Positions 50,246 through 59,894 of a stretch of 64,000 nucleotides of DNA are shown here, piece by piece. The notes below the pieces were generated by a model. That model had not been told where the DNA came from. It made no database searches and was given only the letters and a program-made list of their open reading frames with translations. Positions within the stretch are counted from its first letter, which is position 1. Each line of letters starts with the position of its first letter. Location of the stretch: the NCBI GenBank assembly GCA_019358935.1, contig JAHHIK010000028.1, positions 9,186 through 73,185 of the forward strand, read 5' to 3'. The DNA is from Tolypothrix carrinoi HA7290-LM1 (GTDB lineage Bacteria; Cyanobacteriota; Cyanobacteriia; Cyanobacteriales; Nostocaceae). The translations under genes and the position numbers were made by a program.

Positions 50246-50590
50246 TTGACACTCTCCGACCTGAAGGTACGGAGATTCTTGCTTCATCCGTCCTCCCTAG
50301 GTATCAAAGTCCGAAAACCTAAATACCCCCGTTTAGATACGTCCACAAGCGCACACGGACAAGCCACTCCCTTGCGGGGGTTCCCCCCGTTGTGGGAAGT
50401 GGCGCTGCCCGACCGCGTTTGGAATGATTTAATCGATTCTTTTTCCTCTTTCCTACACTATGTCGCACGCAGCTGAGCATTGTAGTCGGGGAGTACCCAA
50501 TCTTGGCTATCTAGGCGTATTATCGCATTGCCAACTTGATTCTAGCACAAAACCGGTACTAAAGGACGGGGCTTTAAACCCATTTTTTCG
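50246..50590 (-). mobile_element. Non-autonomous IS200/IS605-family (IS891-like) derivative
   Basis: Minus strand: TTAC target then CGAAAAAATGGGTTTAAAGCCCCGTCC left end; right end AGAATCTCCGTACCTTCAGGTCGGAGAGTGTCAA (hairpin plus TCAA); no transposase ORF. Confidence 0.8.
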
Positions 50591-50674
50591 GTAAACATTA
50601 AATTGATGTAGGGTGCGTTACTACGTTAACGCACCCTACTACTACTACAATATGTGTGAATTGTTCAAAGGCAC

Positions 50675-51247
50675 TCAGGGCAATTCTAGTTGTAGTTCAA
50701 AACCGGGCAAAACCTCTTCACCCGAAAGCAGTGCTGGAAGTTGAACTATTTCTACAGGCTGATTTTGTCGATAAATCTCCACTTGCCGATCTTGAAAATT
50801 AATCAACCAACCTAAGCGCAAGCCATTTTCCAGGTATTCTTGCATTTTATCTTGCAGACGTTGGAGGCGGTCAGTTTCCGAACGAAGTTCTATGATAAAA
50901 TCTGGTATAATCGGGGGGAATTTTTTGCGTTCATCTGAAGTTAGTGCTTCCCATCGCTCTAATTTTACCCAAGCGGCATCAGGCGATCGCTTTGCCCCAT
51001 TCGGAAGCCTGAAGATAGTCGAGGAACTGAAAACCTTTCCCAATCTGGTTTGACGGTTCCAATTATTCAAGTCTGTAATGAAGTCCGCTTCTTTATTTCC
51101 GCTTTCTCCTCCGACTGGTGGCACAATAATTAATTCTCCTTTTGCATTCAATTCCAGGTTCAACTCTCGGTTTGCGGTGCAAAGTTGATAAAATTGCTCA
51201 TCATTTAGGTGAACAATTGGTTCTAGATTTAGGACAATTGTGTTCAT
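50675..51247 (-). CDS. Uma2 (DUF820) family endonuclease
   Basis: FSSSTIFRLPNGAKRSPDAAW, PDFIIELRS, LGWLIN. Confidence 0.92.
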   Translation of the reverse strand: MNTIVLNLEPIVHLNDEQFYQLCTANRELNLELNAKGELIIVPPVGGESGNKEADFITDLNNWNRQTRLGKVFSSSTIFRLPNGAKRSPDAAWVKLERWEALTSDERKKFPPIIPDFIIELRSETDRLQRLQDKMQEYLENGLRLGWLINFQDRQVEIYRQNQPVEIVQLPALLSGEEVLPGFELQLELP

Positions 51248-51477
51248 TGAACTACCTTTGCGTATAGCAGTAACTGAGATTATTTATATATAGCAATCAT
51301 ATTTGAGTTGAAATTTCGGAAAATCAAACCGCATTAATATCGCCCTCAGGCTGGAAGCCGCTGGCTATACAAACGAAGCCCGCCTTCGCGGGCTTTAATC
51401 TCATAGCCCGCGAAGGCGGGCTTTGTTCGTGTAGCGTCACCCTTCTAGGGTGATGGCGATATGTTGCAAAATGTGTA

Positions 51478-53190
51478 TTAATAATGACTTCCCGATTTCC
51501 GATGATGCACGGCGGTTACACCATCTTGATTTAGCACTTTGCCGTTTTCCACAGTTGCATAAAGCAACCAGTGATCGCCGGCTTCCATACGAGTTTGCAC
51601 TGAACACTCTAAATAAGCTAAAGCATCAGTAAGAAGGGGTGAGCCATTTTCTGCTTCTGACGCAGCGACATCAGCAAAGCGGTCTTGTCCTGGTTCAAAG
51701 GGTTTGAGGAAATGCTTCATTAAACCCAGGTGATTGCCTTCTTTGAGGATATTAAGGTTAAATTTGTTTCCGGAATGCGTCAGTGGTTCTACGGCGCGGT
51801 CTTTGGCAACGGCAATTGTTAAACCTGGGGGATTAAAGCTTGCTTGAGATACCCAAGATGCTAACATTCCACTAGATACATCACCTTGCTTTGCTGTGAG
51901 AACGCACAGAGAACCGACAATTCGACCAACCGCTTGTTCAACGTTGGTCGCGGGTTGTCGCGGTGCCCGAACTTTTGTTGCTCTTTTTAGCGCTTGGGCA
52001 AAGTCGGTTCCAGCTTCTTCGCAGGTTTGTAAGGTAAGATCGTTGGGTTTGAATTTGACGCGGATGGTGTCAAATCCAAAGCGATAACCAGCGTCTTTTA
52101 ATTTACCTTCGATTAAATCAACTGCTTCACCACTCCAACCAAAGGAACCAAAGACACCGGCGAGTTTGTTGTTAGTGGCAGTGGAGAGAACTATACCTAA
52201 AGCTGTTTGTACGGGGGTGGGTGCGTGTCCACCTAGGGTAGGGGAACCGATGACAAAGCCTGCTGATTTTTCTACAGCGGTACGAATTTCTTCGGGGTCA
52301 GCAAATTCGCAGTTAATTGATTCTACACTGACACCGGCTTTGGTGATGCCGCGAGCGATCGCAGAAGCTAAAGTTGCCGTATTTCCATATGCGGAAGCAT
52401 AAATCAACGCGACTGTTGTATCCGCAGATGTTTGTTGCTGACTCCATTGGCGATAAGCGTGTGTTAATTCAATTAAACCGTAACGCACTAAAGGTCCGTG
52501 TCCGGTAGCATACAATCTCACGGGCAAGTCGGAAAGTTTATCCAGCGCTGTTTCCACTTGACGGGCATGGGGAGCCATGAGACAATCGAAATAATAGCGC
52601 CTGTCTTCGTTAAACGATTCCCAGCCTTCATCAAAAACTTGATCGCCGCAGATATGCGCCCCAAATAGCTTATCTGAGTAGAGAATTTCCGTTTGCGGAT
52701 CGTAGGTGCAAAGTTCGTCAGAGTAGCGCGGATTTGGTGTAGGAATAAATTCTAAGTGATGACCTTTGCCTAAATCGAGAGTTTCTTCGCCGCGTTTGAC
52801 GAGAATTGGCAAATCTTGATTTTCCAGCGCCGCACGCAGATTTATCGCTCCTGGATTAGAACAAACAAAAGTTATCTGCGGTGCAAGTTCTAATAAAGCT
52901 TTGATAGTTGCAGCGCGATTGGGATTGACGTGACCAAGAATCACATAATCAATATCTTTGATATTAAACCGCTGTTGCAACGCTTGCAGATAAATTTCTG
53001 TAAACGTTTCTCCCGGAGGATCGATTAAAGCGGTTTTATCACCTTGAATCAAATAAGAATTGGCAGTTGTACCTTTGGCAAGTGCGTATTCAATTTCAAA
53101 TCTTAACCTTGTCCAACTGCGCGATCGCATTACTGTTGTATCTGTACCAATCGGGAGAACTTGAACGTCACGGGGTTTATTTGTTTGCAT
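51478..53190 (-). CDS. flv1A: Flavodiiron protein Flv1 (A-type)
   Basis: True start MQTNKPRDVQ; beta-lactamase-like domain lacking canonical ligands (GHVNPNR), flavodoxin and flavin reductase domains; the upstream ORF extension is STRR artefact. Confidence 0.88.
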   Translation of the reverse strand: MQTNKPRDVQVLPIGTDTTVMRSRSWTRLRFEIEYALAKGTTANSYLIQGDKTALIDPPGETFTEIYLQALQQRFNIKDIDYVILGHVNPNRAATIKALLELAPQITFVCSNPGAINLRAALENQDLPILVKRGEETLDLGKGHHLEFIPTPNPRYSDELCTYDPQTEILYSDKLFGAHICGDQVFDEGWESFNEDRRYYFDCLMAPHARQVETALDKLSDLPVRLYATGHGPLVRYGLIELTHAYRQWSQQQTSADTTVALIYASAYGNTATLASAIARGITKAGVSVESINCEFADPEEIRTAVEKSAGFVIGSPTLGGHAPTPVQTALGIVLSTATNNKLAGVFGSFGWSGEAVDLIEGKLKDAGYRFGFDTIRVKFKPNDLTLQTCEEAGTDFAQALKRATKVRAPRQPATNVEQAVGRIVGSLCVLTAKQGDVSSGMLASWVSQASFNPPGLTIAVAKDRAVEPLTHSGNKFNLNILKEGNHLGLMKHFLKPFEPGQDRFADVAASEAENGSPLLTDALAYLECSVQTRMEAGDHWLLYATVENGKVLNQDGVTAVHHRKSGSHY

Positions 53191-53494
53191 AGCTTTGTAG
53201 GGAATGGGGAATGGTGAGTCCAGCGCTGCGGGAGGGTTTCCCTCCGCAGGCGACTGGCGAACCCGAAGGGGGAATGGGGAATGGGGAATGGGGAATGGTG
53301 AGTCCAGCGCTGCGGGAGGGTTTCCCTCCGCAGGCGACTGGCGAACCCGAAGGGGGAGTGGGGAATGGGGAATGGGGAATGGGGAATCGGTAATTGCTAC
53401 TCTCCTCCCTTGTCCCCCTTGTCCCCCTTGTCCCCCTTGTCCCCCTTGTCCCCCCACTCCCTACTCCCTACTCCCCACTCCCCCACTTTCTTCT

Positions 53495-55216
53495 TTAATA
53501 ATGGTTTCCAACTTTTCTATGATGTACTGCTGTCAAGGAGTCTGGCTTGCTGACGCGACCGGCATCAACGGTACAGTAAACTATCCAATGGTCGTTGACT
53601 TCCATCCGACTATTGACTTCACACTCAATGTATGCTAATGCATCAGTTAAGATTGGGGAACCGTTTTCAGCGGGCTGAGTTTTGACTCCTTCAAAACGAT
53701 CCGCACCTGGGGCAAACCGTTTCAAAAAGTGCTTCATCAGCGGTTGATAATTGCCTTCTTCCAAAACGTTTAAAACGAAGCGATCGCCTACTTGCATGAG
53801 TGATTCTATCGCTCTATCTTTGGCTACGGCAATGCTTAATCCCAATGGTTTGAAGCTGGCTTGACTTACCCAAGAGGCAAGCATGGCGCTTTTGACATCG
53901 CCTTTTTTTGCCGTAATGATGTATAATCCTCCTGAGATTCTTCCTAATGCTTTGTCTAAATCAGCAGCGAGGGATTTCATCGCTTTGATGCTGCGATCGC
54001 GTGTTACCCATTGTCCTAAGTCTGTTCCTGCTTCTTCACACAGCTTGTAGGTATTTTCGTTGGGTGTTTCTTTAATCCGAATTCCTGGAAAGGCTACTGT
54101 TAAACTTAAATTGCGGAATTTGTTTAGTAGAGGATCGATCGGTTCGTCATTGCCACCACCTGATTCAAATATCCCTACAGCTTGTTTTTCTTTGGCAGAT
54201 CCTAAAATAGTGCCGAGGGCTGGTTGTATATTAGCAGCATCAGCAGGAGGCATTCCTACCACAAGTCCGGTACAACGGCTGACAAGTTCCTGCAATTCTT
54301 GTAAGTCTGTTGCCGATCGCAAGTCTACCATTTCCACCGCAACGCCGGTTTTGGTGATACCTGTGGCAATTGCTTGGGCAAGGCGATCGCTATATCCGTA
54401 ACCGGAAACGTAAAATACGGCAACGGTAGTTTCTGCTTTTGTCTGAGTTTTGCTCCAATTGCGATAACGCCCGGTTAATTCCTCAACGTTGTGGTATAAT
54501 AGCGGTCCATGACCGGTGGCGATCGTCTTGATGTTTGGCAGTTCATCCATACGCTTGAGTGCAGAAAGTACTGACCGCGCATTTGGTCCCATCAAACAGT
54601 CGTAGTAATATTGATAATCTGCTTCAATCGCTGCCAAATCATCATCAAAGGTGCTATCTGTGCAATAATGTAAGCCGAAAGCATCGCAAGTAAAGAGAAT
54701 TTGGGTTTTGTGGTCGAAGCTGAACATGGTATCGGGCCAGTGTAAATTGGGTGCTATCACGAATTCAAGTTCGTGTTCGTTGCCCAAATCTAGGCGATCG
54801 CCATTTTTCACAATCCGTCGTTTAAATGGACTGTGTACCATATCCTCTAGAAACTGAATTGCCACCTTAGAACCGACAACAGTGATTTCTGGAGCGATTT
54901 GTAACAAATCTTTAACTAAGCCGCTGTGGTCTGGCTCGGTATGACTGATAATTAGATAATTAATTTCAGTTGGGTTAATCAGTCCGGTGAGGGTATCGAA
55001 GAACAGCTGACGAAACTTTTCATGAGACGTATCAACTAAAGCCGTTTGTTCACCGCGTATGAGAAACGAGTTGTAGGTAGTACCGTTTTGCAAACCAAAC
55101 TCGATATCAAAGCGATCGCGATCCCAATCCAAAGACCGAATTGCCGTAGTTTGGTCAGCAATATCGGCAGTCTGCATAGTCAGTTTCTTTTCAGTTCTTT
55201 CGGTGAGTGCTACCAT
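53495..55216 (-). CDS. flv3A: Flavodiiron protein Flv3 (A-type)
   Basis: HTEPDHSG, PNLHWPD, CDAFG canonical diiron ligands; C-terminal flavin reductase. Confidence 0.9.
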   Translation of the reverse strand: MVALTERTEKKLTMQTADIADQTTAIRSLDWDRDRFDIEFGLQNGTTYNSFLIRGEQTALVDTSHEKFRQLFFDTLTGLINPTEINYLIISHTEPDHSGLVKDLLQIAPEITVVGSKVAIQFLEDMVHSPFKRRIVKNGDRLDLGNEHELEFVIAPNLHWPDTMFSFDHKTQILFTCDAFGLHYCTDSTFDDDLAAIEADYQYYYDCLMGPNARSVLSALKRMDELPNIKTIATGHGPLLYHNVEELTGRYRNWSKTQTKAETTVAVFYVSGYGYSDRLAQAIATGITKTGVAVEMVDLRSATDLQELQELVSRCTGLVVGMPPADAANIQPALGTILGSAKEKQAVGIFESGGGNDEPIDPLLNKFRNLSLTVAFPGIRIKETPNENTYKLCEEAGTDLGQWVTRDRSIKAMKSLAADLDKALGRISGGLYIITAKKGDVKSAMLASWVSQASFKPLGLSIAVAKDRAIESLMQVGDRFVLNVLEEGNYQPLMKHFLKRFAPGADRFEGVKTQPAENGSPILTDALAYIECEVNSRMEVNDHWIVYCTVDAGRVSKPDSLTAVHHRKVGNHY

Positions 55217-55339
55217 ACTCCCCTCCTTACGCAAATGAGTATTTTCCCTCTGGTTTTATTGTGACACGAGTTAATTGTTAATTTTTTTTAAAAAATCTAT
55301 GGTTGACTTAAGAAAGTTAAAAGTGTGAAACCATAGAAT

Positions 55340-55620
55340 CGGGAATGGGGAATGGGTAATGGGTAATGGGTAATGGGGAATGGGGAATGGGGAATGGGGA
55401 ATGGGGAATGGGGAATGGGGAATGGGGAATGGGGAATGGGGAATGGGGAATGGGGAATGGGGAATGGGGACGCTTAAAAAGAATTATTACCAATGCCCAT
55501 TGCCCAATGACGGCAGGTGCTCCACTTGGGGAGACCCCAAGACCGCACTGCCTCCCCAATGACCAATTACCAATGCCCAATGCCCAATGCCCAATTCGCA
55601 ATGCCCAATGCCCAATTACC
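55340..55620. repeat. STRR tracts (GGGGAAT)n and (CCCAATG)n with an embedded hairpin repeat
   Basis: Heptamer arrays; similar tracts at 3519-3656, 14326-14505, 18168-18415, 22318-22372, 38273-38420, 53200-53485, 59380-59506. Confidence 0.9.
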
Positions 55621-55621
55621 A

Positions 55622-56434
55622 ATGTCAGAAAATCTTTGGCTAGCTTTAGAAATTGGCAATTCTCGCTTACATTGGGCATTATTTGCAGGTGAGAAACTTT
55701 GCAAAGCTTGGGATAGTGTCTATCTTCGTGCAGAAACCGTAGAACAATTAGCCCAAAAAGCAACTTTAGGTAATTTACTGTCTATAATTTCTCCCCCTGC
55801 CCCCCCTGCCCCCCCTGCCTCCCCTGCCCCCTCTCCCCCCCTCCTCCTCTCGTCCGTTGTTCCCAGTCAAACGCAGATTTGGCAAAGTTACCCTAATGTT
55901 CGCGTTATTACTTTAGACCAAGTACCTTTGAAGGGTATGTATCCGACATTGGGAATTGACCGTGCCTTGAGTTTATATGGTGCTGGAAGGACTTTTGGCT
56001 TTCCGATGTTAGTTATTGATGCAGGGACAGCACTGACATTTACAGGTGCTGATAGTAACAAAAATATAGTTGGGGGCGCAATTTTACCAGGATTAAGTTT
56101 ACAGCTTGCGAGTCTTGCTCAAAAAACCGGACAATTACCACTTGTGGAGTTACCGCAAGAACTACCTCGGAGGTATGCTCTAAATACGCAAGAGGCGATC
56201 GCTAGTGGGATAATTTATACGTTAGTAGCGGGAATCAAAGACTTTGTTGAAGCGTGGTTGCGCGATTTTCCTGAAAGTAAAGTTGCGATCAAAGGAGGCT
56301 CAAGCACGTTAATAGTAAATTATATGCGATCGCAGTATCCGGAGATTGCAGCGCGGTTGATTGTGGAACCGAATTTGATATTTTGGGGAATGCGATCGCT
56401 ATTTTTAGGGCTTACGCAAAGCCCCCCTTTATAA
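55622..56434 (+). CDS. coaX: Type III pantothenate kinase
   Basis: [28 protein letters not shown]. Confidence 0.9.
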   Translation: MSENLWLALEIGNSRLHWALFAGEKLCKAWDSVYLRAETVEQLAQKATLGNLLSIISPPAPPAPPASPAPSPPLLLSSVVPSQTQIWQSYPNVRVITLDQVPLKGMYPTLGIDRALSLYGAGRTFGFPMLVIDAGTALTFTGADSNKNIVGGAILPGLSLQLASLAQKTGQLPLVELPQELPRRYALNTQEAIASGIIYTLVAGIKDFVEAWLRDFPESKVAIKGGSSTLIVNYMRSQYPEIAARLIVEPNLIFWGMRSLFLGLTQSPPL

Positions 56435-56448
56435 GGGGGTTGGGGGGA

Positions 56449-57195
56449 TTTGCAACGGTAAGAACACCTGCAATGCAATCTGAAGGATTTGAAGCTAAAT
56501 CTGAATCAGAATGGGAAAATGAATTGCCAGCAACATCAACCGCAGAAGATACAGGAGAAAGCCAAAAAGATTTATTTAAGAAAGCTAATTCGGTTTTATC
56601 TGAACAAATGCAAGCGATGAAACCAGATTATCAAAAAATCTTGTTTCTCTATTACGGTTTCAGTTTCAATCAAAAACAGCTAGCAGAGAAGTTGGGAATT
56701 AATCAAAGTACAATTTCTCGCTATTTAGCAAAATCCACAATCAAATTATTGGAAACTTTAGCCAGAACTTCGCAACCTCAAGAATGGGTGAAACAGTATG
56801 TAGTACGATGGTTGGAGAGAAATTATCAAGCACCTTTGCACTCAGATTTGATTCAAGCGGCTTTGATATCAGCTATCAAAAAATTAGCAGTTGATGAACG
56901 CGAGGTTTTACAACTTTATTACGGACAGCAGATGGAAGAGATAAAAATTGCTTCTCACTTAGGTATTAGTCATGCGGAAATAACTGCGAAGCTTTCCCAA
57001 GCGATAAATCAGTTACAAGAAAAGTTGATGGCTGAGATAAATATTTGGATTAAAGAATATGTGGAAAAATGGTTGATAAGCTACTATAAGTCAGTTTTGA
57101 AGGCTGTTTCTAAGTCTAGCAGTCAAAAACTAGATTTAGAAGACAAAATATTGTTAGTGGAAGGATATATTCAAAAAATAATTCAAAGGGTGTAG
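56449..57195 (+). pseudogene. C-terminal fragment of a sigma70-region-4-like protein with tandem helix-turn-helix domains
   Basis: ILFLYYGFSFNQKQLAEKLGINQSTISRYL and VLQLYYGQQMEEIKIASHLGIS; no region 2; begins right after a repeat at the coaX end. Confidence 0.65.
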
Positions 57196-57388
57196 GGTGT
57201 AGGGGGTAGGGTGTGGGGTGTGGGGAACCCACGTTTTAAAACGTGGGATTGTAACAAGGACACTGTTTTTCTCGCGCTTTGCGTCTCGAAAAACATCTTT
57301 TTTTAAACTGAGCTTTAAACCCACAAAGTAAGTTTTTATTTAAACCCCTACACCCAACACCCCACACCCCACACCCTGTTTTTTTGTA
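57188..57388. mobile_element. MITE-like element, copy 2
   Basis: Homologous to 39375..39558. Confidence 0.7.
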
Positions 57389-57574
57389 AGTAGGAAATTA
57401 CATGTGGTCGTTATTAGAGAAAAACGAACCGCAGAGACGCAGAGAACACAGAGGAATGAGGAGGAGAGAGAGTTTTTGTGTAAGTCGTATTTTTCTGACT
57501 ATGTTCAATCGTAATGAGTGATGTTTGATTGTAGCGAGTTATTTATCAGTAATTTTCTTAATGAGGTGAATATC

Positions 57575-58327
57575 ATGTTGAGTTTATCAGATTTTGTAAA
57601 TATTGACACGAAGTCTATTTGGTTGCTCTTAGAAACAAGCGAACAAGAAGAAGCATGGCAGCTTTCTGGGCGTCACTCGAATGCGATCGCCTGTTATAAT
57701 GCTTTTCTTAATCGCATTTGCACAGCAAACATGCTCAAGTGGTTTGAAGAGTGGTTGAGAGAAGAATCTAGCTTACATGCAGAGGTGTTTGTTAGTCAAG
57801 AAAGTTTATATAGTATTTTAGAACTAGTTAATGGTACGGCAATTAAAATAGGTGAATCTCGGATAGTGTTGGTACCCACTGAAACAATCGATTTAGAAGA
57901 ATTGTGCGTACCGCAAGAGTGGGTGGATATTCACGGTTGGGCAGGTGATTATTACATCCCGGTGCAGATAGACTTGGATGGAGATGATGATTGTTGGATG
58001 CGAGTGTGTGGGTTTGCTACACATCTTCAATTGAAGAATCAAGGGAGATATAATCAAAGCGATCGCACGTATTCTTTGCCCATAGAACAGTTAACTGAAA
58101 ATTTCACCTTGTTGTTTGCTACACTAGGGCTGCGTTTACAAGAAGAACTTACACCTGAAGTCACTTTGTCAGAGGTAGAAGCTGAAAGTTTGTTACAGAT
58201 GTTAAGTGATGCATCTATTTATTCTCCCAGATTGCGTTTGGATGTACCATTTTCTCAGTGGGCAGCACTCATTGCTAATGAACAGTGGCGACAACGACTG
58301 TACAATCAACGTTTAGAAGCAAGATAA
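57575..58327 (+). pseudogene. DUF1822 family protein, C-terminally truncated
   Basis: ELVNGTAI..RIVLVP..EELCVPQEWVDI..WAGDYY..W.RVCGFATH; ends at a deletion junction. Confidence 0.75.
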
Positions 58328-59337
58328 AATTGTATTAGAGAAATTATCTCATGCGATCGCCGTATTTTTAGTAGAACCTTCACGTCAAGAGTTAGATAAA
58401 TGGCTTTGGGATAAACAAGGATGGGATATTCTCTTTTTTGCCGGACATAGTGACAGCGTTGGTGATACAGGTCAGATATATATTAATCAAAATAATAGTT
58501 TAACAATTGCTGAGTTAAAAAATGCGTTAAAATATGCGATTTCCGGAGGGTTGAAAATGGCGATTTTCAACTCTTGTAATGGTTTGGGATTAGCACGTCA
58601 ATTAGCGGATTTGCAGATTCCGCAAATTATCGTTATGCGAGAAAATGTACCAGATTATGTTGCACAAGAGTTTGTCAAACATTTTCTGGAAGCTTTTTCT
58701 CATGGTGAATCTTTTTATTTAGCAGTGCGTTATGCACGTTCAAGATTGCAAGGTTTGGAGGATGATTTTCCTGGTGCTTCTTGGTTGCCTGTGATTTGCC
58801 AAAACCCAACTTCAGATCCATTAACTTGGGAAGAATTACGCGGTAAAACTAACAGACTTCCTACCCGAAAATTAGGTGTGGGAATGCAAACAGCATTAAT
58901 AGCAAGTGTGGTGATAACTAGTTTGGTTGCGTGGGTGCGATCGCTTGGCTTGATGCAACAATGGGAATTATCAGCTTTTGACCAAGTATCGAATTGTTCT
59001 CATCGGGGTTGATGCCGAAAGTGTCAAAGATACCTTTCTCACACCATACAGTACTGGGGCGACATCCCGCTCAGAAGTTCCAGGAGTTGCGATTCACGCA
59101 GAGATGGTGAGTCAAATTCTCAGTGCAGTTTTGCAACACCGACCGCTGTTATGGGTCTGGTCTGCTTGGGGTGAAGTTCTCTGGATTTGGAGTTGGTCTT
59201 TAGTCGGAGGAATAATAGCTTTATATCATTTGCGATCGCAATTAGCACTATTTATCGGTGCTGCACTGATGATATACGCATCCTGCTTTATCTTGTTGCT
59301 GTACGGCGGTTGGATACCACTTGTACCTTCGGGTTAG
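58323..59337 (+). pseudogene. CHAT plus CHASE2 protein remnant (internal deletions)
   Basis: WDILFFAGHS and AIFNSC (CHAT His/Cys), SWLPVICQN; then ELSAFDQ joined out of frame to RIVLIG..D.F.TPY..PGV.IHA (CHASE2). Confidence 0.8.
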
Positions 59338-59510
59338 TGGGAATTTGAAGAAGGGGAAAGGGAAAAGGGGAAACAATTATTACCAATGCCCAATGCCTAA
59401 TGCCCAACAACTATCAAGCAACAACCAACAACCATCAACTATCAACTATCAACCAACAACTATCAACCAACAACTATCAACCATCAACCAACAACTATCA
59501 ACTAACAATA

Positions 59511-59723
59511 TTATTTGTTGTCTTTTTTCTGTTTATCCTGCAAACTGCTGGCTTGTTTCAGCACCGGGATGCACTGATTAATCATCCACATCAAAACCTC
59601 GATTGGTGAGTCTCCCTGCTGAATGCGGTTTTCGGCTTGGATGCCAATTAGTGTTGTTTGTAGAATTAGCAAGAAAGCGATCGCTCTTTGAGTTGCACTT
59701 TTACCAGGTTTTTTCGCTGACAT
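59511..59723 (-). CDS. Small hypothetical protein divergent from the NACHT gene
   Basis: 70-aa ORF with AAGGTG RBS-like sequence and a hydrophobic segment. Confidence 0.4.
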   Translation of the reverse strand: MSAKKPGKSATQRAIAFLLILQTTLIGIQAENRIQQGDSPIEVLMWMINQCIPVLKQASSLQDKQKKDNK

Positions 59724-59894
59724 CTGAATTCACCTTGTTTTTGGGTTGACAAGGTGAATTATTTTTTTGGGTGTTTGCCCAGACACATTCCCCACGCAAT
59801 GTCTATAATGCTTGTATCATCAGGTTTTGCGGTTTGGGGAAGCTTGTTTGTTTGGGTAAGTCAAATTTCTTAAGATTTTCTTGATATTTAACTG

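Noticed and set aside
53191..53457. 89-aa N-terminal extension of Flv1
   Set aside because: It consists of STRR and duplicated hairpin repeats; homology starts at MQTNKPRD (53190).
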